Below, one piece after another: positions 50,800-61,034 of a DNA stretch of 64,000 nt (position 1 is the first letter of the stretch; the number at the start of each line of letters is the position of its first letter). Below the pieces are notes generated by a model, which did no database searches, was not told where the DNA came from, and worked only from the letters and a program-made list of their open reading frames with translations. The stretch covers positions 421,897 to 485,896 of the forward strand of contig JAWKMN010000002.1 in the NCBI GenBank assembly GCA_041392165.1. Direction: 5' to 3'. The translations under genes were made by a program, and so were the position numbers. Source of the stretch: Flavobacteriaceae bacterium. GTDB taxonomy: Bacteria; Bacteroidota; Bacteroidia; Flavobacteriales; Flavobacteriaceae.

Positions 50800-52977
50800 A
50801 TGAAAAGAAATTTAGCCTACGCATTAATTGTAATGCTTGTTGCGGTAGCTTCATGCAGTTTTACCAACAAATCATTTGAAACGGACGATAAGGATAAATT
50901 GTTATTGGACCTTATCACCTATGTTTTGGAGCGCGGCCATTATCAGCCAAAAGATATTGACGATGATTTTTCCGTTAATGTTTTTGAAGGTTTTCTGGAT
51001 ATTTTGGATCCCACAAAGCGTTATTTTTTGGAAAGTGACATTCGGGAATTTGAAAAATTTAAGTTTCAGTTGGACGATCAGATAAAGAATACCGATATCA
51101 CTTTTTTTGATATGGTATACCAGCGCCTTTTGGAACGCATGGAGGATGCCAAGGTTATTTATAAAGAGGTTCTGGAGGAACCTTTTGATTATACGGTGGA
51201 TGAAACCATAGAGATCAATTACGATGAGCAGGGATATGTGGATTCCCGTAAGGATTTAAAGGAGCGTTGGAGGAAGCAATTAAAATACGCTACTTTGGGG
51301 ACTTATGATTCCAAACTGAATTTGAACAAGGAATCTGCCAACACCAGTAAAGACGGGAATGTAATGGATAAAGCTGATGCCTTTGAAGATGAAGTCGGCA
51401 ATAGCGGGCCCTTGACACCGGCACAGGCCGAAATGGAAGCAAGGGAATCTACCAAAAATACCCTGGATGATTATTTTGATTTTGTAGATGACCTGGAACG
51501 AAAGGATTGGTTTGTACAATACCTAAATACTATAGTGGAAGTATTTGACCCGCACACCTTTTATTTTGCTCCGGACGACAAAGAGAAATTTGATACCAGT
51601 ATGTCCGGGAAATTTGAAGGTATAGGTGCGCGACTTCAAAAGAAAAGGGACCAGACCAAAATAGTAGAGATTATATCCGGGGGACCTGTTTGGAGGGATC
51701 AGCAATTGGAAGTTGGTGATGAGATACTTAAAGTAGGGCAAAATGGGGAAGCACCGGTAGATATTGTTGGGATGCGTTTGGACGATGCCATTAAGTTCAT
51801 TAAAGGTCCCAAAGGTACCATCGTAGATTTGACGGTCAGAAAAGTAGATGGTTCCCTAGTGGTAATCTCCCTTACCAGGGATGTAGTGGAATTGGAGGAA
51901 TCCTATGCCAAATCTGCAGCCGTTATAAAAGACAACCATAAATATGGACTTATTAACCTGCCCAAGTTTTATGTGGACTTTGAGGACTATAATGAAAGAA
52001 ACGCTGCCACAGACGTAGCAAAAGAAGTAGAAAGACTAAAACAGGCCGGAGCAGAGGGCCTGATCCTAGATCTGAGGGACAATGGTGGAGGATCTTTAAA
52101 AACAGTTGTGGAAATGGCCGGGCTGTTTATTAAGGACGGACCAATTGTGCAGGTAAGGTCTACCGATAAAAATCCTGAAGTGTACAATGATAAGGATGAG
52201 CGTATACAATGGGATGGCCCTTTGGTGATTTTGGTAAACGAATTATCGGCCTCTGCATCCGAGATTTTGGCCGCGGCCATGCAAGACTATAAAAGAGGAG
52301 TGGTTATAGGGAGCAAACAAACTTTTGGTAAGGGAACCGTTCAAAATGTAATCCCCTTGGAGAATATTGTAAGGGGAAATGAGCACGGAGACCTGGGGGC
52401 CATAAAGCTTACAACCCAAAAATTCTATAGAATAAATGGAGGATCCACCCAATTGGAAGGGGTTAAGAGCGATGTTGTTGTTCCGGATCGTTATAGCTAT
52501 ATTGATCTAGGGGAAAGGGATCAGGAAAACCCTTTGACCTGGGATAAAATTGCCCCAGCGCAGTATACCCCATGGGATGGTTATATAGACTATGAGGCCA
52601 CCATTGCCAGCAGTACAAAAAGAATGGCCCAGAACAATCAAATAAAATTGATCGAGGAAAATGCGCAATGGATAAAAAAGGCACAGGATGAAACAGTGGT
52701 TTCCTTGAAATACGAGGAGTATAAAAAGGGATTGGAACTGGATAAGGAAAAGGCCAAGTATTTTAAGACCATATCGGATTACGATTCGCATCTCGGCTTT
52801 GAATCCTTGCAATATGAAAAAGAGTTGTTTGTCCAAGATTCGGTTTTGAGGGAAAAGCGGGACCGCTGGCATAAGGATTTGGCCAAGGATGTGTATGTAG
52901 AGGAAGCTGTCAACGTCCTGCAGGATCTTAAAATGAATAATATAAAGAATTCCAAATTGGCCAGTGTAAAAGGCTGA
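50800..52977 (+). CDS. S41-family carboxy-terminal processing (tail-specific) protease
   Basis: Signal/lipobox ...VAVASC, a PDZ segment, and the S41 core DLRDNGGGSL...NELSASASEILA...GTVQ. Confidence 0.85.
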   Translation: MKRNLAYALIVMLVAVASCSFTNKSFETDDKDKLLLDLITYVLERGHYQPKDIDDDFSVNVFEGFLDILDPTKRYFLESDIREFEKFKFQLDDQIKNTDITFFDMVYQRLLERMEDAKVIYKEVLEEPFDYTVDETIEINYDEQGYVDSRKDLKERWRKQLKYATLGTYDSKLNLNKESANTSKDGNVMDKADAFEDEVGNSGPLTPAQAEMEARESTKNTLDDYFDFVDDLERKDWFVQYLNTIVEVFDPHTFYFAPDDKEKFDTSMSGKFEGIGARLQKKRDQTKIVEIISGGPVWRDQQLEVGDEILKVGQNGEAPVDIVGMRLDDAIKFIKGPKGTIVDLTVRKVDGSLVVISLTRDVVELEESYAKSAAVIKDNHKYGLINLPKFYVDFEDYNERNAATDVAKEVERLKQAGAEGLILDLRDNGGGSLKTVVEMAGLFIKDGPIVQVRSTDKNPEVYNDKDERIQWDGPLVILVNELSASASEILAAAMQDYKRGVVIGSKQTFGKGTVQNVIPLENIVRGNEHGDLGAIKLTTQKFYRINGGSTQLEGVKSDVVVPDRYSYIDLGERDQENPLTWDKIAPAQYTPWDGYIDYEATIASSTKRMAQNNQIKLIEENAQWIKKAQDETVVSLKYEEYKKGLELDKEKAKYFKTISDYDSHLGFESLQYEKELFVQDSVLREKRDRWHKDLAKDVYVEEAVNVLQDLKMNNIKNSKLASVKG

Positions 52978-53000
52978 TTGTAGATAATTATACTAAAATG

Positions 53001-53027
53001 AAACCTGCTATAAGAGCAGGTTTTTTT
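53001..53027 (+). terminator. Intrinsic terminator of the protease gene
   Basis: Stem aaacctgct / agcaggttt, a 5-nt loop, then a T7 run. Confidence 0.7.
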
Positions 53028-53048
53028 GTGAAATTTTCATTATGATTG

Positions 53049-53262
53049 TTAAAGGTTAAAACTCTGCCTTTACTGTCAGGCAGGCCTGTAGCATCATTAC
53101 CGCTACTATCAGTTTCTATAAATTTTGAGGGTATCTTGTTATTTCGAATCTTTCGGCTGTCCCTCAAGGCAGACTAAAGCGGGAAATCCCATTGAATAAT
53201 CAAAATTATGGGATTCCTCGTCGCTCTGCTCTGTCGGAATGACACAATACTCAAAAAAAATT
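53049..53262. repeat. Hairpin-rich intergenic element (repeat copy B plus extra stem-loops)
   Basis: Three stem-loops: ctgcct/aggcag (53074..53093), ttgaggg/ccctcaa (53125..53167) and ggaaatcccat/atgggattcc (53182..53217). They are followed by cctcgtcgctctgctctgtcggaatgaca and an A8 run. The element lies between convergent genes, after the protease terminator. Confidence 0.35.
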
Positions 53263-53330
53263 CATTCTTTTGTTTAAAACTATGCATTTCAAATTAAATG
53301 GACCTTTGCAAGAAGTGACAGGCTTAGGTG

Positions 53331-54914
53331 TTACGAACTACAGGAGAGCATGGAGCACCCTACTTTGTTTCTGGCCCATTCAGGTCGCTTTGCAAACCAT
53401 TTTTCGGCCTGCGGTTGTTCTGCATAAGGATTCTTTAATAATTGAAAAAACTCATCCAATAGGGAGTAGTCCCCTTTGTCCGCACTGTCTATGGCCAATT
53501 GGGCCATATAATTTCTAAGGACATATTTTGGGTTTACATTATTCATTTTTTCCGTTCTCTGACGGTCACTGATGTCTTCTTTTTGTAATCTATTTCTGTA
53601 GTCTGTAAACCATAGCCTCCAACTCTCAAGAATATCGCCCTTAACTTCTTCCGGTACGTAAAAGGCATTCATTACCGGGGCCAAAAAGTCTTCATTTATA
53701 GGATTATCCTTCAAAATCCGGTTTAGACTCCTAAAAAATAGGGTCATATCCGTTTCTGTTAATTGTAAGTTGTCTTCCAATCTGCCCAAAAGCGCGGCAT
53801 CGTTTTCGTCGGAGTTGAAAAGGCCGATTTTAGATTTCATCATTGCGAGATATTTTGAGGAATAATTGTTACGGTATTCCATTAATATAGCTTCAAGTGC
53901 CTTTGCATCCTCTATTAAAGGGAAGAGGGCATTCGCCAGTTGATAAAGGTTCCATAGACCTATGTTTATTTGATTTCCATACCTGTACCGCTTATACTGT
54001 CGGTCAGTGGTATTGGGGGTCCAACCTTCATCATACCCTTCCAGCCATCCGTATGGCCCATAATCTATGGTGAGGCCGAGAATGGACATATTATCGGTAT
54101 TCATTACCCCGTGGACGAAGCCTACTCGCTGCCAGTGTATAATCATATCAAGGGTATTGTTGGTAACCTCTCTAAAAAACTGAAGATAAGCATCTTTAGT
54201 GCCTTCTTTTATATGGGGAAAAAAATGCCTTATTGTATAATCCGTGAGTGTTTTTAAAGTCTTTTTATCCTGTCTTGCCGAAAAAATTTCGAAATTTCCA
54301 AAACGTATAAAGGAAGGTGCCACCCTACATACTACGGCTCCTTTTTCATATTCCGGGTTGCCGTTGTACAATACGTCCCTTAATACCCGGTCTCCTGTAA
54401 GTGCCAGTGATAGTGCCCTGGTAGTGGGTACTTTCAAGTGGTACATGGCTTCACTGCAAAGGTATTCCCTAATAGAGGAACGTAATACGGCAAGGCCATC
54501 CGCTGTCCTGGAATAAGGTGTTTCCCCGGCACCCTTGAGTTGAAGGGCCCATTGTTTATTGCTCTGGTTAACTTCAAATAAATTAATGGCACGGCCATCT
54601 CCCAATTGCCCGGCCCAATTACCAAATTGGTGTCCGCCGTAGCACATGGCATATGGATTGGTACCGGGCAGTACCGAGTTTCCACTAAAAATATTTTTAA
54701 ATTCATCGGACTTGAGATCGTCTTCAGTAAGCCCCAGATCCTGGGCCAATTTATTGGCAGTATGGATCATGTTCGGTTTTGAGGTTGATTTTGGAGCAAC
54801 ATAAGAGAAGCAAGCCTGCGTAACCTGTCTTCTTGTATTTTCATGGACAGGGTCGGCGGGAAGTTCAGTATTAAAGGTGTCCTTTATATTAAGGTTCATA
54901 AGGCGTTCATTCAA
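53331..54914 (-). CDS. selO: Protein adenylyltransferase SelO (YdiU/UPF0061 pseudokinase-fold AMPylase)
   Basis: 527 aa with YAMCYGGHQFGNWAGQLGDGRAI, GAGETPYSR and HGVMNTDNMSILGLTIDYGP. The start may be Met6 (54899). Confidence 0.85.
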   Translation of the reverse strand: MNERLMNLNIKDTFNTELPADPVHENTRRQVTQACFSYVAPKSTSKPNMIHTANKLAQDLGLTEDDLKSDEFKNIFSGNSVLPGTNPYAMCYGGHQFGNWAGQLGDGRAINLFEVNQSNKQWALQLKGAGETPYSRTADGLAVLRSSIREYLCSEAMYHLKVPTTRALSLALTGDRVLRDVLYNGNPEYEKGAVVCRVAPSFIRFGNFEIFSARQDKKTLKTLTDYTIRHFFPHIKEGTKDAYLQFFREVTNNTLDMIIHWQRVGFVHGVMNTDNMSILGLTIDYGPYGWLEGYDEGWTPNTTDRQYKRYRYGNQINIGLWNLYQLANALFPLIEDAKALEAILMEYRNNYSSKYLAMMKSKIGLFNSDENDAALLGRLEDNLQLTETDMTLFFRSLNRILKDNPINEDFLAPVMNAFYVPEEVKGDILESWRLWFTDYRNRLQKEDISDRQRTEKMNNVNPKYVLRNYMAQLAIDSADKGDYSLLDEFFQLLKNPYAEQPQAEKWFAKRPEWARNKVGCSMLSCSS

Positions 54915-55215
54915 TTATACGGTTCCATTTTTCATTTCTTTTGGCCACGGCCTTTATATAGGAGCATACGGCTACCGCGGTATATCCTTCCTTTGTTAAT
55001 TGCTCAAAGGTGCGTTCCACGAGTTCCTTGCCATATCCTTTGCCCCTTAGTGCATAGGGTACCTCCGAGTAGGTCAAATACATCTTATCATCACGTAACT
55101 GGTATATCACTTTCGCAATTTCGTCATTAATGGCCATGGTGAATCTATTATGTTCTTTTTCGTGACGTATCGTTAAATTACCTGTGTTTATGTTATTATC
55201 CATTTTTTCACTCAT
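54907..55215 (-). CDS. Small GNAT-fold N-acetyltransferase (YjdJ-like)
   Basis: About 100 aa with LTYSEVPYALRGKGYGKELVERTF. The start is uncertain (55215, 55203 or 55239). Confidence 0.65.
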   Translation of the reverse strand: MSEKMDNNINTGNLTIRHEKEHNRFTMAINDEIAKVIYQLRDDKMYLTYSEVPYALRGKGYGKELVERTFEQLTKEGYTAVAVCSYIKAVAKRNEKWNRIIE

Positions 55216-55380
55216 AATTTTAATAGGCTTAATTTTCACGGCAGATAGAATTCAATATTTAATACCTACTGTTAAGGGAACAAGTGGCATAGGCCTGAAA
55301 ATTGGATTTATGTTGTCTACGTTAGGGAGCGCCCTTGTATATGTCCGCAAAACGGATGGCTATGGCCATAGTAGTTATTC

Positions 55381-55932
55381 CTATACTTTTATCCCTATAA
55401 TTTTATCCGCATGCATTTTCCTTAGTTTGCTGAGCTTTGGGGAAATAACGGTGCTGCAGTAGCCTTGTAACCTATTATTTCTATAATAATCCTGATGATA
55501 TTCTTCGGCTTCATAAAAGGTTTTCAAAGGACTTATTTCCGTAACAATGGCCTCCTTGTAATAGGGTGCCACTTCCTTTAAAACCAATCTGGCCATTTCT
55601 TTTTGGGCGTTATCGTGATAATAGATCACAGATCTATACTGAGTCCCTACATCTGCTCCCTGTCTATTAAGGGTAGTAGGGTCATGGGTGGTCATAAATA
55701 TGACCAAAATATCCTCGTAGGAGATAATATTGGCGTCAAATGTTATTTGTACCACCTCCGCATGGCCGGTAAGGCCGGAACAGACTTCCCTATAAGTGGG
55801 CCTGCCCGGAGCATTTCCACCGGTATAGCCCGAAATTACCTTTTGTACACCATTGATTTCCCGAAAAATGGCCTCTACACACCAAAAGCACCCACCCCCT
55901 ACGGTAGCTGTCTCCAACTTTTTATTGCTCAT
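55381..55932 (-). CDS. msrA: Peptide-methionine (S)-S-oxide reductase
   Basis: GGGCFWCVEA catalytic motif, GHAEVV, YHQDYY. Confidence 0.9.
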   Translation of the reverse strand: MSNKKLETATVGGGCFWCVEAIFREINGVQKVISGYTGGNAPGRPTYREVCSGLTGHAEVVQITFDANIISYEDILVIFMTTHDPTTLNRQGADVGTQYRSVIYYHDNAQKEMARLVLKEVAPYYKEAIVTEISPLKTFYEAEEYHQDYYRNNRLQGYCSTVISPKLSKLRKMHADKIIGIKV

Positions 55933-56411
55933 TCTACCCTTTCTTTAATTATTTGCATAGATTCTGAATTAATGCAATAACGCAGGCCACTTGGTTCCGG
56001 CCCATCCGGAAATACATGCCCTAAATGGGCATCACAGGTATTGCACATTACTTCTACCCTTATCATTCCATAAGAAGTATCCTTATGATATTTAATGGCA
56101 TTTTCCTTTATGGGCTGTGTAAAACTGGGCCAGCCGGTACCCGAATTAAATTTTATGGTGGAATCAAATAAGGGGGTACCGCAACATATACAACTGTATT
56201 TTCCCTCTTCATGGGAACTGCAAAACGCACCGCTATGGGGAGCTTCGGTTCCTTTGTTTCTTGTAATCCTATATTGTTCGGGAGTTAGCAGGTCCCGCCA
56301 TTCCTTTTCTGTTTTTTCCACCCGCTTATCGGGTAACGGGTTTTCCTTAATACTGTAATTAATTATGTCTTTCCAAGTTAGCATGTATATTTTTCTTTCT
56401 TTTTTATTCAT
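55929..56411 (-). CDS. msrB: Peptide-methionine (R)-S-oxide reductase
   Basis: Two CxxC zinc motifs (CICCGTPLF, CNTCDAHLGHVF), GWPSF, and catalytic RYCINS. It overlaps the msrA start by 4 nt. The start may be Met10 (56384). Confidence 0.9.
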   Translation of the reverse strand: MNKKERKIYMLTWKDIINYSIKENPLPDKRVEKTEKEWRDLLTPEQYRITRNKGTEAPHSGAFCSSHEEGKYSCICCGTPLFDSTIKFNSGTGWPSFTQPIKENAIKYHKDTSYGMIRVEVMCNTCDAHLGHVFPDGPEPSGLRYCINSESMQIIKERVE

Positions 56412-56577
56412 TGAATAGTGATCGGTATTCTATATAACCATAGGTGTCTATACTGGCATTGGGGGGGTGGAATGGTTTGGCCATCAACATTTTTATTCAA
56501 AAAATTGGTCGTATAAGCAAATCAATACTTACACCTGTTGAAATTTCCGAATGGTAGTTTTAATATATATTTGTGCC

Positions 56578-57390
56578 ATGAATAAATATAGGAAAAATAG
56601 GATAGTTTATACTACTCTACTGCTGGTTTGTGTGGTCCTATTCTGGTTGTTCGAAAATTTTTATACGCCTGCCCTTTATTCCTTACCTGAAGGGGAGGAG
56701 TATAGGACGGAGATTCCGCAATGGTTATGGCCCAGATCCACCACCGGTGAAATAGTACGGCATGCCCATTTTTCCCTGTCCTATAACGAAGCCTATGAAC
56801 AGGCGGAGTGGGTAGTTTATGTCTTGGAGCAATCGCACTTGACAAATGATGACAGGAAAAGGCCATTTTTTATTGAGGACCCTAAGGTGGGCAGCAAATC
56901 GGCAGATTGGAGAAATTATAATGGTTCAGGATATGATAGGGGCCATTTGTGTCCTGCAGGGGATAGGAGATTCTCAAAAAACGCTTATAACGAAACCTTT
57001 TATACCAGCAATATTGCTCCACAGGATAGGGATTTCAATGCAGGTATCTGGAATCGTTTGGAGAAAAAGATCCGGAATTGGGCCAGTAAGGACGGACCAT
57101 TATTTGTTGTAACTGCCGGGGTTTTAGAAAAAGGGCTGCATAGTATAGGTGACGAAGATGTGGCCGTTCCAAAATATTTTTATAAAATCGTGGCCCGAGG
57201 ACAGGGTGAAGACCTAAAAATCATAGGATTTCTTTTTCCAAATAGGGAAGATACCAGGGAGTTGGATGAGTTTTTGGTGCCAGTGGATACCCTTGAAAAA
57301 TTGACCGGAATAGACTTCTTTGTCGGTTTGCCTGATGAGCAAGAGGCTAAGTTGGAGGCCGGCATAAGTACCGATAGCTGGAGATTTTAG
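56578..57390 (+). CDS. DNA/RNA non-specific endonuclease (beta-beta-alpha-Me, NucA/EndoG family), membrane-anchored or secreted
   Basis: N-terminal hydrophobic segment. Active-site region YDRGHLCPAGD and NIAPQ. The start was placed at Met10 of the tracked ORF. Confidence 0.8.
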   Translation: MNKYRKNRIVYTTLLLVCVVLFWLFENFYTPALYSLPEGEEYRTEIPQWLWPRSTTGEIVRHAHFSLSYNEAYEQAEWVVYVLEQSHLTNDDRKRPFFIEDPKVGSKSADWRNYNGSGYDRGHLCPAGDRRFSKNAYNETFYTSNIAPQDRDFNAGIWNRLEKKIRNWASKDGPLFVVTAGVLEKGLHSIGDEDVAVPKYFYKIVARGQGEDLKIIGFLFPNREDTRELDEFLVPVDTLEKLTGIDFFVGLPDEQEAKLEAGISTDSWRF

Positions 57391-58670
57391 GTTAGTTCGT
57401 TTAATCTATTGGCGTCCAATTTTAAGAAAATGAACAAAAGTGCCGTAAAAAATAATAGCCCGGAACCTCCATAACTAAAAAAGGGCAGTGGTATTCCAAT
57501 AGTAGGCAAAACTCCAATGACCATACCTATATTTATGAAATAGTGTACAAACAATATAGAGATGACCCCATAGCCGTACATACGGCTGAAGTCGTTTTTT
57601 TGGCGTTCGGCCAAGTATACCAGCCGTAACAATAATGTCGTAAAAAGAATGACTACTGTGGCGGTACCCACAAATCCCCATTCTTCCCCTACAGTGCTGA
57701 ATATGTAATCGGTATGCTGTTCAGGGACAAAATCACCTTTGGTGCGCGTTCCCTCTAAAAACCCTTTCCCGGATAGGCCTCCGGATTCAATGGCTTTTTC
57801 GGATTGATAGGTGTTATAACCTATATTTTTTCGGATTTCTTCCAGTTTCTTGGGATCCTTTTCCAATCGAAGCCATAGACTGAACCTATCCCTATGCCGT
57901 TGTTCAAAAACATTGTTAAAAACGAAATTTACGGAAAGGGAAAATAACACTATGGCTACATAAATAAGGGTAACCGGTATTATCGGAACCTTGAAGGAGG
58001 GTTTTTTTAATAATAGGAACAGTGCCAATAGTAGCCCAAGGATTATGCCTACCCAAATAGTGCCGAACATCAATGTTAAAATAAATATAAGGATTACCAT
58101 AACCCCTATTCCAAGATAGTAGAGTGGGAGACCCTCCCTGAAAATTACAAAGATCAGGGCAAAGAAGACCAGGGCACTTCCAGGATCAGGCTGGGGGATG
58201 ATCAGGAATGCCGGTATCAATATAATCAAAATTGCGATCATTTGGTCTTTTCGGCGCTTTATATCGGTCTGTATGTCACTTAAATATTTGGCCAGGGCAA
58301 GTGCGGTGGCCACTTTGGCAAATTCGGAAGGCTGTAGGTTGTAAAAACCAAGGTCGTACCAAGAGGTAGCTCCGGAAATGGTCTTGCCAAAGACAAAAAG
58401 GCCCAGGAGCAATACTATGGAAATAATATAAAACAGACTGGAAAATCGTTCATAGAAATTGGCTTCCAATGCCAGGATAATGATGATGGATACGGCACTT
58501 GTTCCTATGAAAAACAATTGTTTTCCATGTAATGCGGCAAAATTGAATATGGAAGGGTCGTTGTCTGTAAAAGTGCTGGAATATATGTTTATCCAACCAA
58601 TAAAAACTAAGGGGATGTATATGAGAACGCTAAACCAATCCAAGCGTTTAAGGACACTTTTACCAGACAC
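57387..58670 (-). CDS. rodA: Rod shape-determining protein RodA (SEDS family)
   Basis: 427 aa, polytopic. It has a C-terminal PLPFFSYGGS motif and lies downstream of mrdA. Confidence 0.9.
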   Translation of the reverse strand: MSGKSVLKRLDWFSVLIYIPLVFIGWINIYSSTFTDNDPSIFNFAALHGKQLFFIGTSAVSIIIILALEANFYERFSSLFYIISIVLLLGLFVFGKTISGATSWYDLGFYNLQPSEFAKVATALALAKYLSDIQTDIKRRKDQMIAILIILIPAFLIIPQPDPGSALVFFALIFVIFREGLPLYYLGIGVMVILIFILTLMFGTIWVGIILGLLLALFLLLKKPSFKVPIIPVTLIYVAIVLFSLSVNFVFNNVFEQRHRDRFSLWLRLEKDPKKLEEIRKNIGYNTYQSEKAIESGGLSGKGFLEGTRTKGDFVPEQHTDYIFSTVGEEWGFVGTATVVILFTTLLLRLVYLAERQKNDFSRMYGYGVISILFVHYFINIGMVIGVLPTIGIPLPFFSYGGSGLLFFTALLFIFLKLDANRLNELT

Positions 58671-60528
58671 GTTCGTTTATTTTAAAAGGTTGTCCACTAT
58701 ATGGTTTTGCATATTCGTTTTCCAATGTTTTTTCCAACATTTTTTTCTCCAGATCGGAACGGGTTATTTCTCTTTTTAGGTATTTTTCGATCATTAGCGT
58801 GGCAATGTGCCCGGCATAGCGAGAGCCGAAATACCCGTTTTCTATATAGACGGCAATGGCAATTTTAGGGTTGTCGACAGGTGCGAAGGCAACAAAAACG
58901 GAATTGTCCGTCAATTGGGTGCGTACCCCGTTTATTCTGGTAAAGTTTTCTACGGTTCCCGTTTTGCCCGCCATTTCTATGCCCTTTACCTGTAACCATC
59001 TTGCGGTTCCTTGAATATATACGTCTGCCATGGCAGCTATGACGGGTTCAAAATGCCGTTTGTCTATGGTGGTATGTTTTGCTTCGGTAAATTCGGGGAT
59101 AGCGATTTCCTCGGTTCCTATTTTTTTAAGGATATGGGGTGTAAAATAATAGCCACGGTTGGCAATGGCGGCTACCATATTTGCCAATTGGATGGGAGTG
59201 GTCTCTACTTCCCCCTGTCCTATGGCATTGGATATAATGGTAGAAGAAGACCATCGGTTGGGGCCATAGAGTCGGTCGTAATACGCTCGATTCGGTATTC
59301 TTCCCGGCCTTCCCGTGGGCAGGTCATATCCCAGATAGGTGCCAAGGCCAAAACTTTTCATGTGTTTTTCCCATACATCCATACCTTCGCCCGAAGTGGG
59401 GAACTGATCATAAAACTTCCGAAATGCCCCTGCCGAAAAAGCATTGCATGAGCGGTAAAGGCCCGTGTGTAAATTACGGGTTCCGCCTCCGCAATGACAT
59501 CCCCTTTTTCTTCGGCCTACGTAGAAACCGTTGTAGCAATGAAAAGTAGTTTCGGGCGTGATGGCTCCCTCTTGCAACGCTACAAGGGCGTTTAAGGTCT
59601 TAAAGGGCGATCCCGGAGATTGGGAGGCCAGTATTGAACGATCAAAGGTGGGCTTTGAAATGGTGTCATAGTGTAATTTGCTGTAATTCCTTGACCTTTC
59701 CCTGCCTACCAATAGGGAAGGGTCGTACGATGGCCCGGAAATTAACGCCAATATTTCACCTGAGGCCGGTTCCAAGGCTACGATGCCCCCATGTTTTCCC
59801 ACCATCAACTTTTCACCATATTCCTGAAGCAATTTGTCTATAGTAACGCTTATTTGTTGTCCTTGTTCTGGGAGGGTATCCCAAGTACCGTTCTTGTAAG
59901 GGCCGATATCCCTGTTGAATCGGTCTTTTTGAATATACTTTACACCTTTGTGGCCCCTTAAAATAGACTCGTATTCTTTTTCAATACCCGTAGTTCCTTT
60001 TAATTCGCCAGCGGCATAGGACGGATTGCGTTCCAAATCCCATTCGTTGACTTCGCTGATGTATCCCAAAACGTTGGCGCCACTGGTGGTATCGTAATAG
60101 CGCAGTGATCTTTTTTGAATATAGAACCCTTCAAATCTCCTCATTTTTTCTTGAAGCCTTCCATAATCTTCTTTGGATAACTGGGGTACCAAAACGGAGG
60201 GAAGTCTTGGGGAATAGACCTTGGCTTTCCTTAACTGGGACATAAACCTTTCTTTATCGATTCCCAATAGATTGCAAAATTCAAGGGTATCCAAGGGTTT
60301 TACCTCTCTTGGAATGACCATAACGTCATAGGCCGGTTGGTTTGCCACCAGAAGTTTTCCATTTCTATCATATATGTACCCCCTTTCCGGATAGTCGTAA
60401 ACTGCTTTTATAGCCGGATCCTCCAATATTTGATTGGGGGAAAAACTAAATATCTGCAGATAGGACAATCTTCCGATAAAAGTTATTCCAACCAATAATA
60501 TAATGGAGGATAATAAGATTTTTCTCAT
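58660..60528 (-). CDS. mrdA: Penicillin-binding protein 2 (elongasome transpeptidase)
   Basis: SxxK (SPGSPFK), SxN (SNA) and KTG(T) (GKTGT) motifs; position within mreBCD-mrdA-rodA. Confidence 0.9.
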   Translation of the reverse strand: MRKILLSSIILLVGITFIGRLSYLQIFSFSPNQILEDPAIKAVYDYPERGYIYDRNGKLLVANQPAYDVMVIPREVKPLDTLEFCNLLGIDKERFMSQLRKAKVYSPRLPSVLVPQLSKEDYGRLQEKMRRFEGFYIQKRSLRYYDTTSGANVLGYISEVNEWDLERNPSYAAGELKGTTGIEKEYESILRGHKGVKYIQKDRFNRDIGPYKNGTWDTLPEQGQQISVTIDKLLQEYGEKLMVGKHGGIVALEPASGEILALISGPSYDPSLLVGRERSRNYSKLHYDTISKPTFDRSILASQSPGSPFKTLNALVALQEGAITPETTFHCYNGFYVGRRKRGCHCGGGTRNLHTGLYRSCNAFSAGAFRKFYDQFPTSGEGMDVWEKHMKSFGLGTYLGYDLPTGRPGRIPNRAYYDRLYGPNRWSSSTIISNAIGQGEVETTPIQLANMVAAIANRGYYFTPHILKKIGTEEIAIPEFTEAKHTTIDKRHFEPVIAAMADVYIQGTARWLQVKGIEMAGKTGTVENFTRINGVRTQLTDNSVFVAFAPVDNPKIAIAVYIENGYFGSRYAGHIATLMIEKYLKREITRSDLEKKMLEKTLENEYAKPYSGQPFKINERVW

Positions 60529-61034
60529 TCTTTTTTAATACTAAAAAGTGAACTTAATAGTAGGCACAATATTAAGGTGGCCAAACTGATAGTTAGTACT
60601 TTTTGTAAAATTAACAGTGTATTTTCAAAACTGAAAATTTCCAGGGTATAGAAAACTAAATGGTGTATTATAATCAATAACGTTAAAAACGTAATTTGTT
60701 GTGCTTTAGTGGTATTCGTCAGTTTAAAATTTTGAAATTCATAGTTTACACCAAAACAAAAACGCATTATGGTTGGCCTCAAATAGGCAATGGTAACGGT
60801 GGCGGCAGCATGAATGGCAACGGTGTCAGAAAATAAATCTATTAAGAAGCCAAGAAGAAAACTTAACAGTAGAAATAATTGTCTTTTTTCCTTAATGGGA
60901 TACCAATAGAGAAATAGAATATACACCATTGGGTTAATATATCCAAAAAAATTGAGCTTATTAAAAACCAATACCTGTACTAAAATTAATAGTACAAATC
61001 TAATAACGTTGATAAAGTAGCTATTGTGAATCAT
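60525..61034 (-). CDS. mreD: Rod shape-determining protein MreD
   Basis: 169-aa polytopic membrane protein between mreC and mrdA, with overlapping start and stop codons. Confidence 0.75.
   Translation of the reverse strand: MIHNSYFINVIRFVLLILVQVLVFNKLNFFGYINPMVYILFLYWYPIKEKRQLFLLLSFLLGFLIDLFSDTVAIHAAATVTIAYLRPTIMRFCFGVNYEFQNFKLTNTTKAQQITFLTLLIIIHHLVFYTLEIFSFENTLLILQKVLTISLATLILCLLLSSLFSIKKE

Noticed and set aside
55184-55462. 92-aa plus-strand ORF spanning the GNAT/msrA intergenic region
   Set aside because: It overlaps the 5' end of the GNAT gene and the 3' end of msrA on the opposite strand and has no recognisable motifs. It is likely spurious.
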